DNA of 64,000 nt from Woeseiaceae bacterium (GTDB lineage Bacteria > Pseudomonadota > Gammaproteobacteria > Steroidobacterales > Woeseiaceae). The first letter of the stretch is position 1. Each line of letters opens with the position of its first letter. Made by a program: the position numbers and the translations under genes. Shown in pieces: positions 12,296-21,339 of this stretch. The stretch lies in the NCBI GenBank assembly GCA_021773115.1, contig JAJFKS010000006.1, positions 375,266 to 439,265 on the forward strand. Direction: 5' to 3'. The notes beneath the pieces are model-generated. The model had not been told where the DNA came from. It did not search any database and saw only the letters and a list, made by a program, of their open reading frames with translations.

Positions 12296-13516
12296 TCAGA
12301 AGCTCAGCAGTAATCCGGCGAGTGCGGCGCTCATCAGGTTAGACAACGATCCTGCGAGCACTGCTTTCAATCCCAATTGACCAATCAGGTCGCGTTTCTC
12401 CGGCACCAGTACGCCGAGCCCACCGAGCAGAATTGCGATCGACGATAAGTTGGCGAACCCGCACAAAGAGAATGTTGCGATTGCATAGGTCTTCGGACTC
12501 ATCCCGGCCAGGTACTCATTCAAATGTGAGAACGCGACAAACTCATTCAGTATCAGCTTTTCGCCGAATAGTGCGCCGGCGGCCTGAGCCTCTTCCCAGG
12601 GCACACTCAACAGGAACATCAGTGGCCGGAATAACCAGCCAAGTATCATTTGCAAGGTGAGTTCGTAACCGAACCAGCCCGCTACCCAGCCAACAAGTCC
12701 GTTAAAGAGTGCGATCAGTGCAACAAACGCGATAAGCATTGCGCCGATGTTAGCGGCCAGCCGCAGACCATCGGTGGTGCCAGACGCCGCCGCCAGGATC
12801 AGGTTCTTGTGCTGGCTTTTTTCCATCACCAGTTTTTCGTGTCCGCCCGCACGGACCACCTGATCGTCGGGCATTATGATTTTGGCCATCAGCAGGCCGC
12901 CCGGTGCAGCCATGAATGCCGCCGCAAGCAGATACTTGAGCTCCGCGCCCATCAGCGCGTAACCGGCGAGCACAGTACCGGCGATTGATGCAAGACCCGA
13001 TACCATCACCGCAAACATCTGCGCTTCGGTAAGCCCAATGAGATAAGGCCGTACTGCGAGTGGTGCTTCAGTCTGACCGACGAATACGTTCGCCGCCGCG
13101 TTCATGGATTCGACGGCACCGGTACCAATGACCTTGTGCAGGAAACCACCTACCAGTTTGACTACCCACTCCATCACCCGCAGGTGATACAACACTGACA
13201 TCAGCGCCGAAAAGAAAATGATGATTGGCAGGATATTGATGGCGAAACTGAAGCCAATAATGTCGGTGTTGGCAAGCGGCCCGAAGACCATATCGATACC
13301 GGCTTTTGAAAAACCGATAACAGCCATGACGCCCTCACTCATGACTTCTATCGCGCCACGTCCCCTTTCCCAGTAGAGCACCATGATCGCGACGACAACC
13401 TGCAGCGCGAACGCCGCGCCAACAATGCGGAGGTTGATTGCCTTACGGTTGCTTGAGAACAGGACCGCAATGCCAAGAATAACGGCAATGCCTGCGATAC
13501 CGATGAGATTGGGCAT
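12296..13516 (-). CDS. nupC: NupC/CNT family nucleoside transporter (paralog 1)
   Basis: Polytopic protein with CNT blocks NILPIIIFFSALMSVLYH and FVGQTEAPLAVRPYL. I moved the start to Met8 (ATG 13514-13516), which is preceded by GGGGGA. This gives 407 aa, the same length as the paralog at 21340..22563. Confidence 0.85.
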   Translation of the reverse strand: MPNLIGIAGIAVILGIAVLFSSNRKAINLRIVGAAFALQVVVAIMVLYWERGRGAIEVMSEGVMAVIGFSKAGIDMVFGPLANTDIIGFSFAINILPIIIFFSALMSVLYHLRVMEWVVKLVGGFLHKVIGTGAVESMNAAANVFVGQTEAPLAVRPYLIGLTEAQMFAVMVSGLASIAGTVLAGYALMGAELKYLLAAAFMAAPGGLLMAKIIMPDDQVVRAGGHEKLVMEKSQHKNLILAAASGTTDGLRLAANIGAMLIAFVALIALFNGLVGWVAGWFGYELTLQMILGWLFRPLMFLLSVPWEEAQAAGALFGEKLILNEFVAFSHLNEYLAGMSPKTYAIATFSLCGFANLSSIAILLGGLGVLVPEKRDLIGQLGLKAVLAGSLSNLMSAALAGLLLSF

Positions 13517-13574
13517 GGTTTCCCCCGATTGCCTCATTATTATTCGTGTTCGTAGTTTACCGCATCGAACGTGC

Positions 13575-14888
13575 TTAACCGGTCAAAATTTCACTTATCA
13601 CCGGGCGCATTTCGGGTGAGCTTGCACCCGTTTCACAGGCATTCAGGAGATTGCGCGTCGCAATATCGGCGTCGGCATCGTTTGCAGCGTGAATCAGGGC
13701 CAGCGGGCGATCTTGACCGAGGGCGCTGCCCACCGACGCAAAATCGGAAAAGCCCACGGCGAAATTGAGTTTTTCGCCAACCTTCTTTCGTCCACCGCCA
13801 AGCTCGATCAGCGCATTGCCCACCGCTCTCGCATTCACTGACGTCAGAACACCATCAAGGTGTACAGGCCGGATGACCGGGGCCTTTGCAAGATGAGCGT
13901 CGTAATTGTCGACAAAGTCGATGGGGCCACCTAACGCGGCTGTCATGCGCGCAAATTTTTCCGCCGCCTTGCCACTGCTGACCGCTTCCTCACATCGACG
14001 GCGTGCTGACTCGCGGTCAGACTCAATGCCACCAAGCAACACCATTTCCGCACACAGCGACAACACCACGTCGTCCAGGCGCGGTTCGCGAACCTCGTTA
14101 CGCAAGTATTGTATCGACTCCCGAATTTCCAGCGCGTTGCCGACCGTGGTTCCGAGCACCTCGTTCATGTCAGTGATCAGCGCATGCGTCTTAAGCCTGG
14201 CACTGTCCGCTGTCTTGATAATGCTGTTGGCCAGCTCGCGGGCTCGCTCGGGCGACTCCATGAACGCGCCATTACCCAGTTTGATATCCATCACCAGGTA
14301 ATCCAGTCCGGCGGCAATTTTCTTCGCCAGAATCGACGCGGTGATCAATGGCACTGACTCAACCGTGCCGGTGACATCACGAATCGCGTAAAAGCGGCGA
14401 TCAGCCGGCGCCAGATCTTCAGTCTGGCCGATGATGGCGCAACCGATGTCTTTGACGACTTTGCGAAACAGACCGAAGTCCGGCGTCGCGTTGTAACCCG
14501 GAATCGATTCCGCCTTGTCCGTCGTGCCACCGGTGTGGCCGAGTCCGCGGCCGGAAATCATTGGCACGAAGCAGCCACAGGCTGCCGCGATCGGCGCGAG
14601 CAGGAAACTCACCTTGTCGCCAACGCCTCCGGTTGAGTGTTTGTCGACTACCGGTCCGCCGAGGCCTTCTTTTTTCCAGTCGAGAACGGTACCCGACGAC
14701 GCCATAGCCGAGGTCAGCAGGCCGGCTTCGTCGAAGCTCATCGAATTCAGAAAAATCGCCATGGCGAGCGACGAAACTTGCTCGGCGGGCAGGCTGTTAT
14801 CGGCCAGACCATCGACAAAAAACTCGATCTGCTCCCGGGACAGGGCGCTACCGTCGCGCTTCGTGCGAATGACGTCCGTAAATAACAT
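13575..14888 (-). CDS. deoA: thymidine phosphorylase
   Basis: From Met36 of ORF 13575..14993 (ATG 14886-14888) the sequence reads MLFTDVIRTKRDG...EQIEFFV. It carries DKHSTGGVGDK and SGRGLGHTGGTTDK. Length is about 438 aa. Confidence 0.9.
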   Translation of the reverse strand: MLFTDVIRTKRDGSALSREQIEFFVDGLADNSLPAEQVSSLAMAIFLNSMSFDEAGLLTSAMASSGTVLDWKKEGLGGPVVDKHSTGGVGDKVSFLLAPIAAACGCFVPMISGRGLGHTGGTTDKAESIPGYNATPDFGLFRKVVKDIGCAIIGQTEDLAPADRRFYAIRDVTGTVESVPLITASILAKKIAAGLDYLVMDIKLGNGAFMESPERARELANSIIKTADSARLKTHALITDMNEVLGTTVGNALEIRESIQYLRNEVREPRLDDVVLSLCAEMVLLGGIESDRESARRRCEEAVSSGKAAEKFARMTAALGGPIDFVDNYDAHLAKAPVIRPVHLDGVLTSVNARAVGNALIELGGGRKKVGEKLNFAVGFSDFASVGSALGQDRPLALIHAANDADADIATRNLLNACETGASSPEMRPVISEILTG

Positions 14889-14916
14889 TGTGATTCCTTG
14901 GGCCTGTTGAAAGCCG

Positions 14917-15816
14917 TTAGTCGAAACCGCGCAACGGCAGGTCGGGTCCGCGTTGCAGCCAGTTGTCGGCCGGGTAATGGCTGCTCCTGTCAATCACATG
15001 CAGCGTGTAGGCGTGTCGTGAATTTGCCGACAGATTGGGTCCACTCATGTGTGGCGCCCGCCCATCGAATATCACCAGCGTACCGGCCTTCGCCTCAGCC
15101 GGCCGGGTTGCGCCTGCCGGCCACGGTGTGTGGTCGAGGGTCGTAAACCCCATTTTGCCATCGCTGCCACGCTGGTGCAGCTCCTTAAGCGGACCCGTGT
15201 GCGCACCAGGAATAAAATGCATACAGCCATTATCAACCGTCGCGTCTTCCAGCGCGAACCAAAATCCCGTACAGGTTTCCGGCTCGGTGTACAAAAATGT
15301 GGAGTCCTGATGGCAGTAGACTTCGCCTCCGATGCGCGGTGGCTTCAGGATGTACATGGATTGCAGAATGACCGGGTCGCTGTAACCCAGGCTGTCAACC
15401 GCAGCAGCCAGCTTCGCAGTGCGTGAAAAAGCATCGAACACCGGATCAAGATCATGCATCGCATGTCCGATTTTATTGAGGCTGTCTTCCTTGGACTGAC
15501 GCAGTTGGCCATTGTCATCAAATGCATCCTTCTCAAAGAAAAAGCGAATCTTGCCGCCAGACTCTTCAAAATACCTGTCGCCCAGTTGCGTCTGCTCCAT
15601 CGCAGAGAAAACGCTCTTGACACTGCGTGGATCGAATTTCTCGATCAGCTCATGTGCCCGGCTTTTCAGTCTGGCGCAGTCTCGCTCTGAAACAAAACCC
15701 GTTAGCAACAGGCAGCCCTGTTCCCGAAAGTCACGCAGCATGTCTTCGCTGAGTTGGCCGTCTGGCGGTGCCGGATACTCCGGCAGGCAGTTTATCGATG
15801 ATTTATTCAGAACCAT
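14917..15816 (-). CDS. Fe(II)/2-oxoglutarate dioxygenase, PhyH family (PHYHD1-like)
   Basis: Start at Met13 (ATG 15814-15816). HQD...H facial triad (CHQDSTFLYTEP, APHMSGPN) and a 2OG Arg (SRHAYTLH). Blocks KIRFFFEK, NKIGHA, QSMYI and WFALEDATVDNGCMHFIPGAH match my memory of animal PHYHD1. Confidence 0.8.
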   Translation of the reverse strand: MVLNKSSINCLPEYPAPPDGQLSEDMLRDFREQGCLLLTGFVSERDCARLKSRAHELIEKFDPRSVKSVFSAMEQTQLGDRYFEESGGKIRFFFEKDAFDDNGQLRQSKEDSLNKIGHAMHDLDPVFDAFSRTAKLAAAVDSLGYSDPVILQSMYILKPPRIGGEVYCHQDSTFLYTEPETCTGFWFALEDATVDNGCMHFIPGAHTGPLKELHQRGSDGKMGFTTLDHTPWPAGATRPAEAKAGTLVIFDGRAPHMSGPNLSANSRHAYTLHVIDRSSHYPADNWLQRGPDLPLRGFD

Positions 15817-15940
15817 AGCCACCACCTTAGTGCAGGAAAACAGGGTGCACAAGTAGGTCCTTCCGTTATAATCCCTGCCATAGCGGTTCCGCGATTTCGG
15901 GGCCGATTCAGAATGTAAAAGGTCTAAGGGGGTAAACTCA

Positions 15941-18130
15941 ATGACCCATCAAAAGTTAGCGTTTTTGGCGGCTTCTACCGCAGCCACTCTACTGGCATTT
16001 TCGCCGGTATCGTTCGCGCAGGATGACGAATCCCTGTTCGACGAAATCACGGTCACCGCGACCAAACGATCACAAAGCATTTACGAAGTGCCTATTGCCA
16101 TGAGTGCCTTTGAAGGCGATAAGCTCGCGCAACAGGGAATCATCGACATTGTCGACATTGGCAAATTTGTGCCGAACCTGAACATCACGCAGTTTTCTGC
16201 CGGCCATACCTCCTCGGCCAACCCGTTTATTCGCGGCATTGGCTTGCAGGATCACCTGATCACGACGGATCCCGGCGTCAGCGTCTATGTAGACGGTGTC
16301 TACCTCGGGCGCCAGGTTGGCCAGAACTGGAACCTGTCGAATATTGAGCGCGTCGAAGTGTTGCGCGGCCCGCAGGGCACGTTGTACGGTCGTAACTCGA
16401 TTGGTGGTGCGATTAACATCATCACCAAGACCCCCGGCGCGGATCCGGGTGCACGAGTCAGCATCGAAGCCGGCAGCCGTGAACGTCTTAACGGTGATTT
16501 CTATGCCGATACCCAGCTGTCGGATACGACGGCAATCGCTTTTACCGGCGGCTTTAAGAATCGCGGCGGCCTGGGCAGCTTCGTGAATCTGCCGAACGCC
16601 GGCATTAAAGTTGGTGAAACCCAGGAGGTCTTCGGTCGAATCGCTTTCCGCTACGAGAGCGATGACGTCGCCATTACATTCGCAGCTGATGCGAATGATG
16701 GCGAGGGTGGCCTGCGCCCTTACACCACGCTGATCGACGAACTCGGCGCAAATTGTCGAGCGACCGCGGCTAACCCGGCCGTTGACTGCCTTGGAAGTAA
16801 CGGTGCGCTCTACAATGCCGGCTTTTCGAACGCCGATGTGGCTCGCGACCCTTACGACAACAATACCGGGCAAGCGAGCCAGGCTCGGGTGTCTAACTCG
16901 GCCTCGGGTGCTGCGATCACACTCGATTGGGGTGTCACCGATAACATCGCCACCAAGATGATCCTGAGCGCGCGAACCTCGGAGTATCGCGCAGGGCTCG
17001 ATGATGACGGCCTCATCGATGACTTCCTGTCGTTCCCGGAAAGCGGTCAGGCAAATCAGCAGTCCTACGAATTCCAGGTCAACGGCGACTTCGGCCAATG
17101 GGACTTCGTCTCCGGTCTCTACTATTTCGAGGAACAGGGTGACAACTTCCAGAGCCCAGTCACATTTAACGGTGGCACTGGCGGTATCTTCATCCTCGAG
17201 CAGGACACGAAGAGCTTTGCAGGTTTCGTCAACGTCGGCTATGACGTTTCGGATTCATTCCGGCTGTCCGGTGGAGCTCGTTACACGGAGGACAAGAAGG
17301 ACGTATTTGCGAACGTAGGTAGCGGTCCGTTCAGCGCAAAACACGACTCCGATGAAATCAGTTGGGAAATCGCAGCCAACCTGACGCTTGACGGTGGCAT
17401 GAATGTTTACGGCGCGATTCAGAACGGGTATCAGTCCGGACAGTTCCCGGCGAGGCCATTCTGCCTGTTTGGTGGCACCACGACCGGCTGTCTCATTGCG
17501 GGAGAGAATATTACCGCCACAAACTACGAAGTCGGTATCAAGGGCCAGCCGCTCGATCGCCTGCAGATGAGCGCGGCCGTGTTCTTTACGCAGTACTCCG
17601 ATCTGCCCTACCAGGTGAGCTCGACTTCGAGCGGCGGCTTCAGCACGACGAACCTCGTTGTGGATCAGGATTCCGTCGGCTTCGAGTGGGAAAGCACCGC
17701 GTTGATAACGGACAACTTCCAGCTTCAAGCGACACTCGGCTACATCGATGTTGATGTCGATGAGCAAGGTGGCGTAAAACCTGTCGCGCCGCTGACACCG
17801 GAGCTCACCTTCTCGCTAAGCCCGGAGTGGTCGATCCCGATGTCGGGTGGCGGCGAAGTTGTGTTTCGCGCCGACTACTCGTATCGCGACGAAATGTTCG
17901 GTGAGCCGAGTTCGGATCCAGGTCGATTGACGAAAATCGACAGTCGTTCACTGGTCAACGCGGATATTTCGTATCGATCGGCGGACGAGCTTTGGCTGAT
18001 CGCACTGTACGGTCGCAACATCACGGATGAGCGTTACGATAATGCTCGCCTGAATACCGGCGACTACGTGCTGCAGATTCTGAGCAACGATGCCAGTGAG
18101 TTTGGTTTGAGACTGACCCGAGACTTCTAG
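15941..18130 (+). CDS. TonB-dependent receptor (complete)
   Basis: Signal peptide ...SFAQDDE, TonB-box-like DEITVTATKR, plug (VEVLRGPQGTLYGRNSIGGAINII), a long barrel and a C-terminal ...LRLTRDF. Good SD (AAGGGGG) upstream. A terminator follows. Confidence 0.9.
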   Translation: MTHQKLAFLAASTAATLLAFSPVSFAQDDESLFDEITVTATKRSQSIYEVPIAMSAFEGDKLAQQGIIDIVDIGKFVPNLNITQFSAGHTSSANPFIRGIGLQDHLITTDPGVSVYVDGVYLGRQVGQNWNLSNIERVEVLRGPQGTLYGRNSIGGAINIITKTPGADPGARVSIEAGSRERLNGDFYADTQLSDTTAIAFTGGFKNRGGLGSFVNLPNAGIKVGETQEVFGRIAFRYESDDVAITFAADANDGEGGLRPYTTLIDELGANCRATAANPAVDCLGSNGALYNAGFSNADVARDPYDNNTGQASQARVSNSASGAAITLDWGVTDNIATKMILSARTSEYRAGLDDDGLIDDFLSFPESGQANQQSYEFQVNGDFGQWDFVSGLYYFEEQGDNFQSPVTFNGGTGGIFILEQDTKSFAGFVNVGYDVSDSFRLSGGARYTEDKKDVFANVGSGPFSAKHDSDEISWEIAANLTLDGGMNVYGAIQNGYQSGQFPARPFCLFGGTTTGCLIAGENITATNYEVGIKGQPLDRLQMSAAVFFTQYSDLPYQVSSTSSGGFSTTNLVVDQDSVGFEWESTALITDNFQLQATLGYIDVDVDEQGGVKPVAPLTPELTFSLSPEWSIPMSGGGEVVFRADYSYRDEMFGEPSSDPGRLTKIDSRSLVNADISYRSADELWLIALYGRNITDERYDNARLNTGDYVLQILSNDASEFGLRLTRDF

Positions 18131-18154
18131 TACGTCTTGACGGTCTGATATCTG

Positions 18155-18185
18155 AAGAGCCGGTTAAACACCGGCTCTTTTTTTT
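18155..18185 (+). terminator. rho-independent terminator after the TBDR
   Basis: AAGAGCCGGT / ACCGGCTCTT 10-bp stem with a 5-nt loop, and a T-run at 18178-18185. Confidence 0.8.
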
Positions 18186-18237
18186 GCTCAGGATTCGCTC
18201 GGGTCCGGTGCTACAATCGGCAGCAAAAGGGGAACCC

Positions 18238-19671
18238 ATGAAAAGACTAAATCTTTGTTTTTATTTAATTTTTCTGACCGCGACGCTGGTCGGCTGCAGC
18301 GCGTCCGAGGCACCGGGCGAGGCCGAGGTTCCGGATGGCCAGATTGACCTGATTGTTCTGGGCGACTACGTCGTCACCATGGACGATGCAATGACGGTCC
18401 ACAAAAATGCCGCCGTCGCTATTGATGATGGCCTGATACTCGCGGTTGGATCCGCCGAAGACATTCGCGCCAATTACAGCGCCGGCGAGACACTGGACGG
18501 CAAGAATCAGGTCGTGATGCCAGGTCTCATCAACGGTCATTCACATGCAGCTATGACATTATTGCGTGGCCTCGCCGATGACCTTGCGTTGATGGACTGG
18601 CTCACCAACTACATTTTTCCCGCGGAAGTTCAGTTCGTTGACGCCGAGTTTGTTCGTATCGGCACGGAACTGGCCTGCTGGGAAATGATTCGTGGCGGCA
18701 CCACAACCTTCATCGATATGTACTACTACCCGGACACGATCGCGGAGGTGGTCGATCGATGTGGAATGCGTGCGCAGATCTCGGCAACGGTTATCGACCA
18801 ACGCAGCCCGGATGCCGAAAGTGCATCGGACTCAATCGAAAAAGGCATCGGCTTCATCGATCGCTGGCAGGGTCGCAATTCCCGCATCACGCCAATTTTT
18901 GGGCCGCACGCCAATTACACGCTGAACGCTGAGCAACTGAAGGCGACTCGTGCCGCTGCAACGGAATACGGAGTCGGTATCAGTATTCACATGTCAGAGT
19001 CACCGTTTGAACTACAGTACTCGAAAGACACTTACGGCATGAGCAGTGTTGAGTTTTTTGAATCGATTGGCTTCTTCGACGGGCCCACGATCGCCGCGCA
19101 CATGGTCTGGCCAACTGCGGACGAAATCCGCATCCTGGCAGACCGCCAGGTCGGCGTAATTCACAACCCGACCTCGAACATGAAAATTGCATCCGGCATC
19201 GCGCCGGTCGCAGACATGCTGGCCGCTGGGGTACGTGTTGGTCTGGGTACCGATGGCGCTGCCAGCAACAACGATCTCGACATGTGGGAGGAGATGCGTC
19301 TTGCCGCCCTGCTGCAAAAAGTGGATCGTATGGATCCGGTGGTCATGTCCGCGTCGACCGTCTTGAAAATGGCGACCAGCGGCGGTGCGCTGGCGGTTGG
19401 CATGAGCGACCTGATTGGCTCGATCGAAGTTGGTAAGCGTGCCGACATCATCCAGGTAGCCTTCGACGATGTGCATCATGTGCCGACCTACGACATTATT
19501 TCTCAGCTGGTGTATGTCACCGATGAACAGGACGTTGCATCGGTGATTGTTGACGGAAAAATACTAATGAAAGACGGCGAAATGCTGACCATCGACACCG
19601 CTCGAATCACTACTGAGGCGAACGCGCTCGCCGCGAAAATCCAGTCCGCATTGGAAGAGCGCAACAAGTGA
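18238..19671 (+). CDS. amidohydrolase of the MtaD/TRZ-ATZ (COG0402-like) deaminase group with a lipoprotein signal peptide
   Basis: ATG at 18238 gives MKRLNLCFYLIFLTATLVGC (lipobox LVGC). Metal and catalytic motifs INGHSHAAMTLLRGLADDLALMDWL, IHMSES, AHMVW and GTDGAASNNDLD resemble 5'-methylthioadenosine/SAH/nucleobase deaminases. Confidence 0.75.
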   Translation: MKRLNLCFYLIFLTATLVGCSASEAPGEAEVPDGQIDLIVLGDYVVTMDDAMTVHKNAAVAIDDGLILAVGSAEDIRANYSAGETLDGKNQVVMPGLINGHSHAAMTLLRGLADDLALMDWLTNYIFPAEVQFVDAEFVRIGTELACWEMIRGGTTTFIDMYYYPDTIAEVVDRCGMRAQISATVIDQRSPDAESASDSIEKGIGFIDRWQGRNSRITPIFGPHANYTLNAEQLKATRAAATEYGVGISIHMSESPFELQYSKDTYGMSSVEFFESIGFFDGPTIAAHMVWPTADEIRILADRQVGVIHNPTSNMKIASGIAPVADMLAAGVRVGLGTDGAASNNDLDMWEEMRLAALLQKVDRMDPVVMSASTVLKMATSGGALAVGMSDLIGSIEVGKRADIIQVAFDDVHHVPTYDIISQLVYVTDEQDVASVIVDGKILMKDGEMLTIDTARITTEANALAAKIQSALEERNK

Positions 19672-20129
19672 CGGCGATTCAGGACCATATGCCCGACAAT
19701 CATTGCTTCGGCTGCGGGCCAAATAACGCAAAGGGAATGCAAATCAAGAGTTACTGGGAAGGTGATGAAAGTGTTTGTCGTTATACGCCGAAACCCGAAC
19801 AGTGTGCTGGTCCGCCGCAGTACGTTTACGGCGGTACGATCGCCAGCCTGATTGATTGCCACAGCATCGGGACGGCGACCAGCAATTACTATCACAAAGA
19901 AGGCCGAGAGACCGGCGAGCCGCCCGAAATCTGGTGCGTAACCGGAAGGCTATCGGTCAACTACCTCGCGCCGACGCCGATCGATCAGGAAATTGAGTTG
20001 CGTGCCCGCATTGAGGAGTGTGGCGAGCGAAAGTCAGTCGTTAAGTGCCGGGTTTACTCCGGTGGCGTGCAAACGGCTGAAGGCGATGTCATCGCTGTTC
20101 GCGTGCCTGACACCTGGAAGAACGGCTAA
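19668..20129 (+). CDS. PaaI-family hotdog-fold thioesterase
   Basis: The N-terminal [14 protein letters not shown] motif and about 150-aa size are typical of this family. The GTG start overlaps the amidohydrolase stop (GTGA). An alternative ATG lies at 19689. Confidence 0.7.
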   Translation: MTAIQDHMPDNHCFGCGPNNAKGMQIKSYWEGDESVCRYTPKPEQCAGPPQYVYGGTIASLIDCHSIGTATSNYYHKEGRETGEPPEIWCVTGRLSVNYLAPTPIDQEIELRARIEECGERKSVVKCRVYSGGVQTAEGDVIAVRVPDTWKNG

Positions 20130-21325
20130 ATAAAACTACTGCCGTAGTCCATCGGCGGCAGTTTGAAATGCGTGGCAATACTCTGGCCAATGTCCGCGAA
20201 TGAGTCACGACGCCCGAGCGACCCAGGTTCGATGCCGGCGCCATAAGCCAGAACGGGAATATGCTCACGCGTGTGATCGCTGCCGGGCCACGTTGGATCA
20301 CAGCCATGGTCTGCGCACAACACCAGCAAATCGTCGTCAGACATCAGCTCAAGAATTTCCGGCAGGCGTTGATCAAGGTACTCAAGTGCCGTGGCATAAC
20401 CATCGACATCGCGACGATGGCCGTACAGCATGTCGAAATCGACGAAATTGGTGAACACGATGGAGCGGTCGCCTGCCTCCCGGATTGCCTCGAGCGTCGC
20501 GTCGAACAGTGCGGCATTGCCATTCGCTTTGATCTTTTTCGTGATGCCCATGTGCGCGTATATATCGGAGATCTTGCCAACACTCACGACTTCGCCGCCG
20601 CTTGCGACCAGCTTGTCGAGCACCGTTGGTGCGGGCGGTGGCGTGGTAAGATCGCGACGGTTGCCGGTACGCGTGTAGTTGTCCGGCCCGTCACCAACAA
20701 AAGGCCGCGCGATGACGCGACCGATATTGTATTTGTCCACCAGTTTGCGAGCGATGTCGCAGAGATCGTAGAGTCGCTCGAGCCCGAATGCCTCTTCATG
20801 GCAGGCGATCTGAAACACGCTGTCGGCCGAGGTATAGACGATGGGTTTGCCACTGGCGACATGTTCATCGCCGAGTTCGGCGATGATCGTCGTGCCCGAT
20901 GCATGGCAATTACCAAGTACGCCTGGCAAGTCGCCAAGCGCTATCAGCTCATCAAGCAATTCCTTCGGAAACGCATTTTCCTTGCCCGAAAAATAACCCC
21001 AGTCGAACAACACTGGTACGCCCGCAATTTCCCAGTGCCCGCTGGGTGTGTCTTTGCCGCTGCTCAACTCAGCAGCATGGCCATAGGCACCGATGACGTC
21101 TACATCAGGATCGTGCCCCGGCGAAAAGCTGCCGGTACTCTCCTGTGCCGCATGGAACAGGCCGAGTTTGGCGAGGTTCGGCAGCCTGAGCGGGCCCGCG
21201 GCAGACTCCGCACGCACTTTGGCGATATGCCCAAAGGTGTCTGCGCCAACGTCGCCGAACTTGTCGGCGTCGGCGGTCGCGCCAATACCAAATGAATCCA
21301 GTACCAGAATAATTGCTCGTGCCAT
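20126..21325 (-). CDS. deoB: phosphopentomutase
   Basis: From Met63 of ORF 20126..21511 (ATG 21323-21325) the sequence reads [34 protein letters not shown]. It carries [23 protein letters not shown]. The gene lies 14 nt downstream of nupC paralog 2. Confidence 0.9.
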   Translation of the reverse strand: MARAIILVLDSFGIGATADADKFGDVGADTFGHIAKVRAESAAGPLRLPNLAKLGLFHAAQESTGSFSPGHDPDVDVIGAYGHAAELSSGKDTPSGHWEIAGVPVLFDWGYFSGKENAFPKELLDELIALGDLPGVLGNCHASGTTIIAELGDEHVASGKPIVYTSADSVFQIACHEEAFGLERLYDLCDIARKLVDKYNIGRVIARPFVGDGPDNYTRTGNRRDLTTPPPAPTVLDKLVASGGEVVSVGKISDIYAHMGITKKIKANGNAALFDATLEAIREAGDRSIVFTNFVDFDMLYGHRRDVDGYATALEYLDQRLPEILELMSDDDLLVLCADHGCDPTWPGSDHTREHIPVLAYGAGIEPGSLGRRDSFADIGQSIATHFKLPPMDYGSSFI

Positions 21326-21339
21326 GCCCATGTTCCATT

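Noticed and set aside
16070-17098. Long antisense ORFs in the six-frame track. Examples: 16070..17098(-), 20261..21295(+), 26331..27488(+), 30603..31529(+), 34905..35696(+), 28495..29265(+), 32319..33086(+), 3656..4453(-), 22..699(-), 21532..22188(+).
   Set aside because: Each lies wholly opposite a gene with strong family motifs. Their translations are Arg/Ala/Gly/Pro-rich low-complexity sequence typical of open antisense frames in GC-rich DNA. None has a recognisable motif, signal or RBS context.
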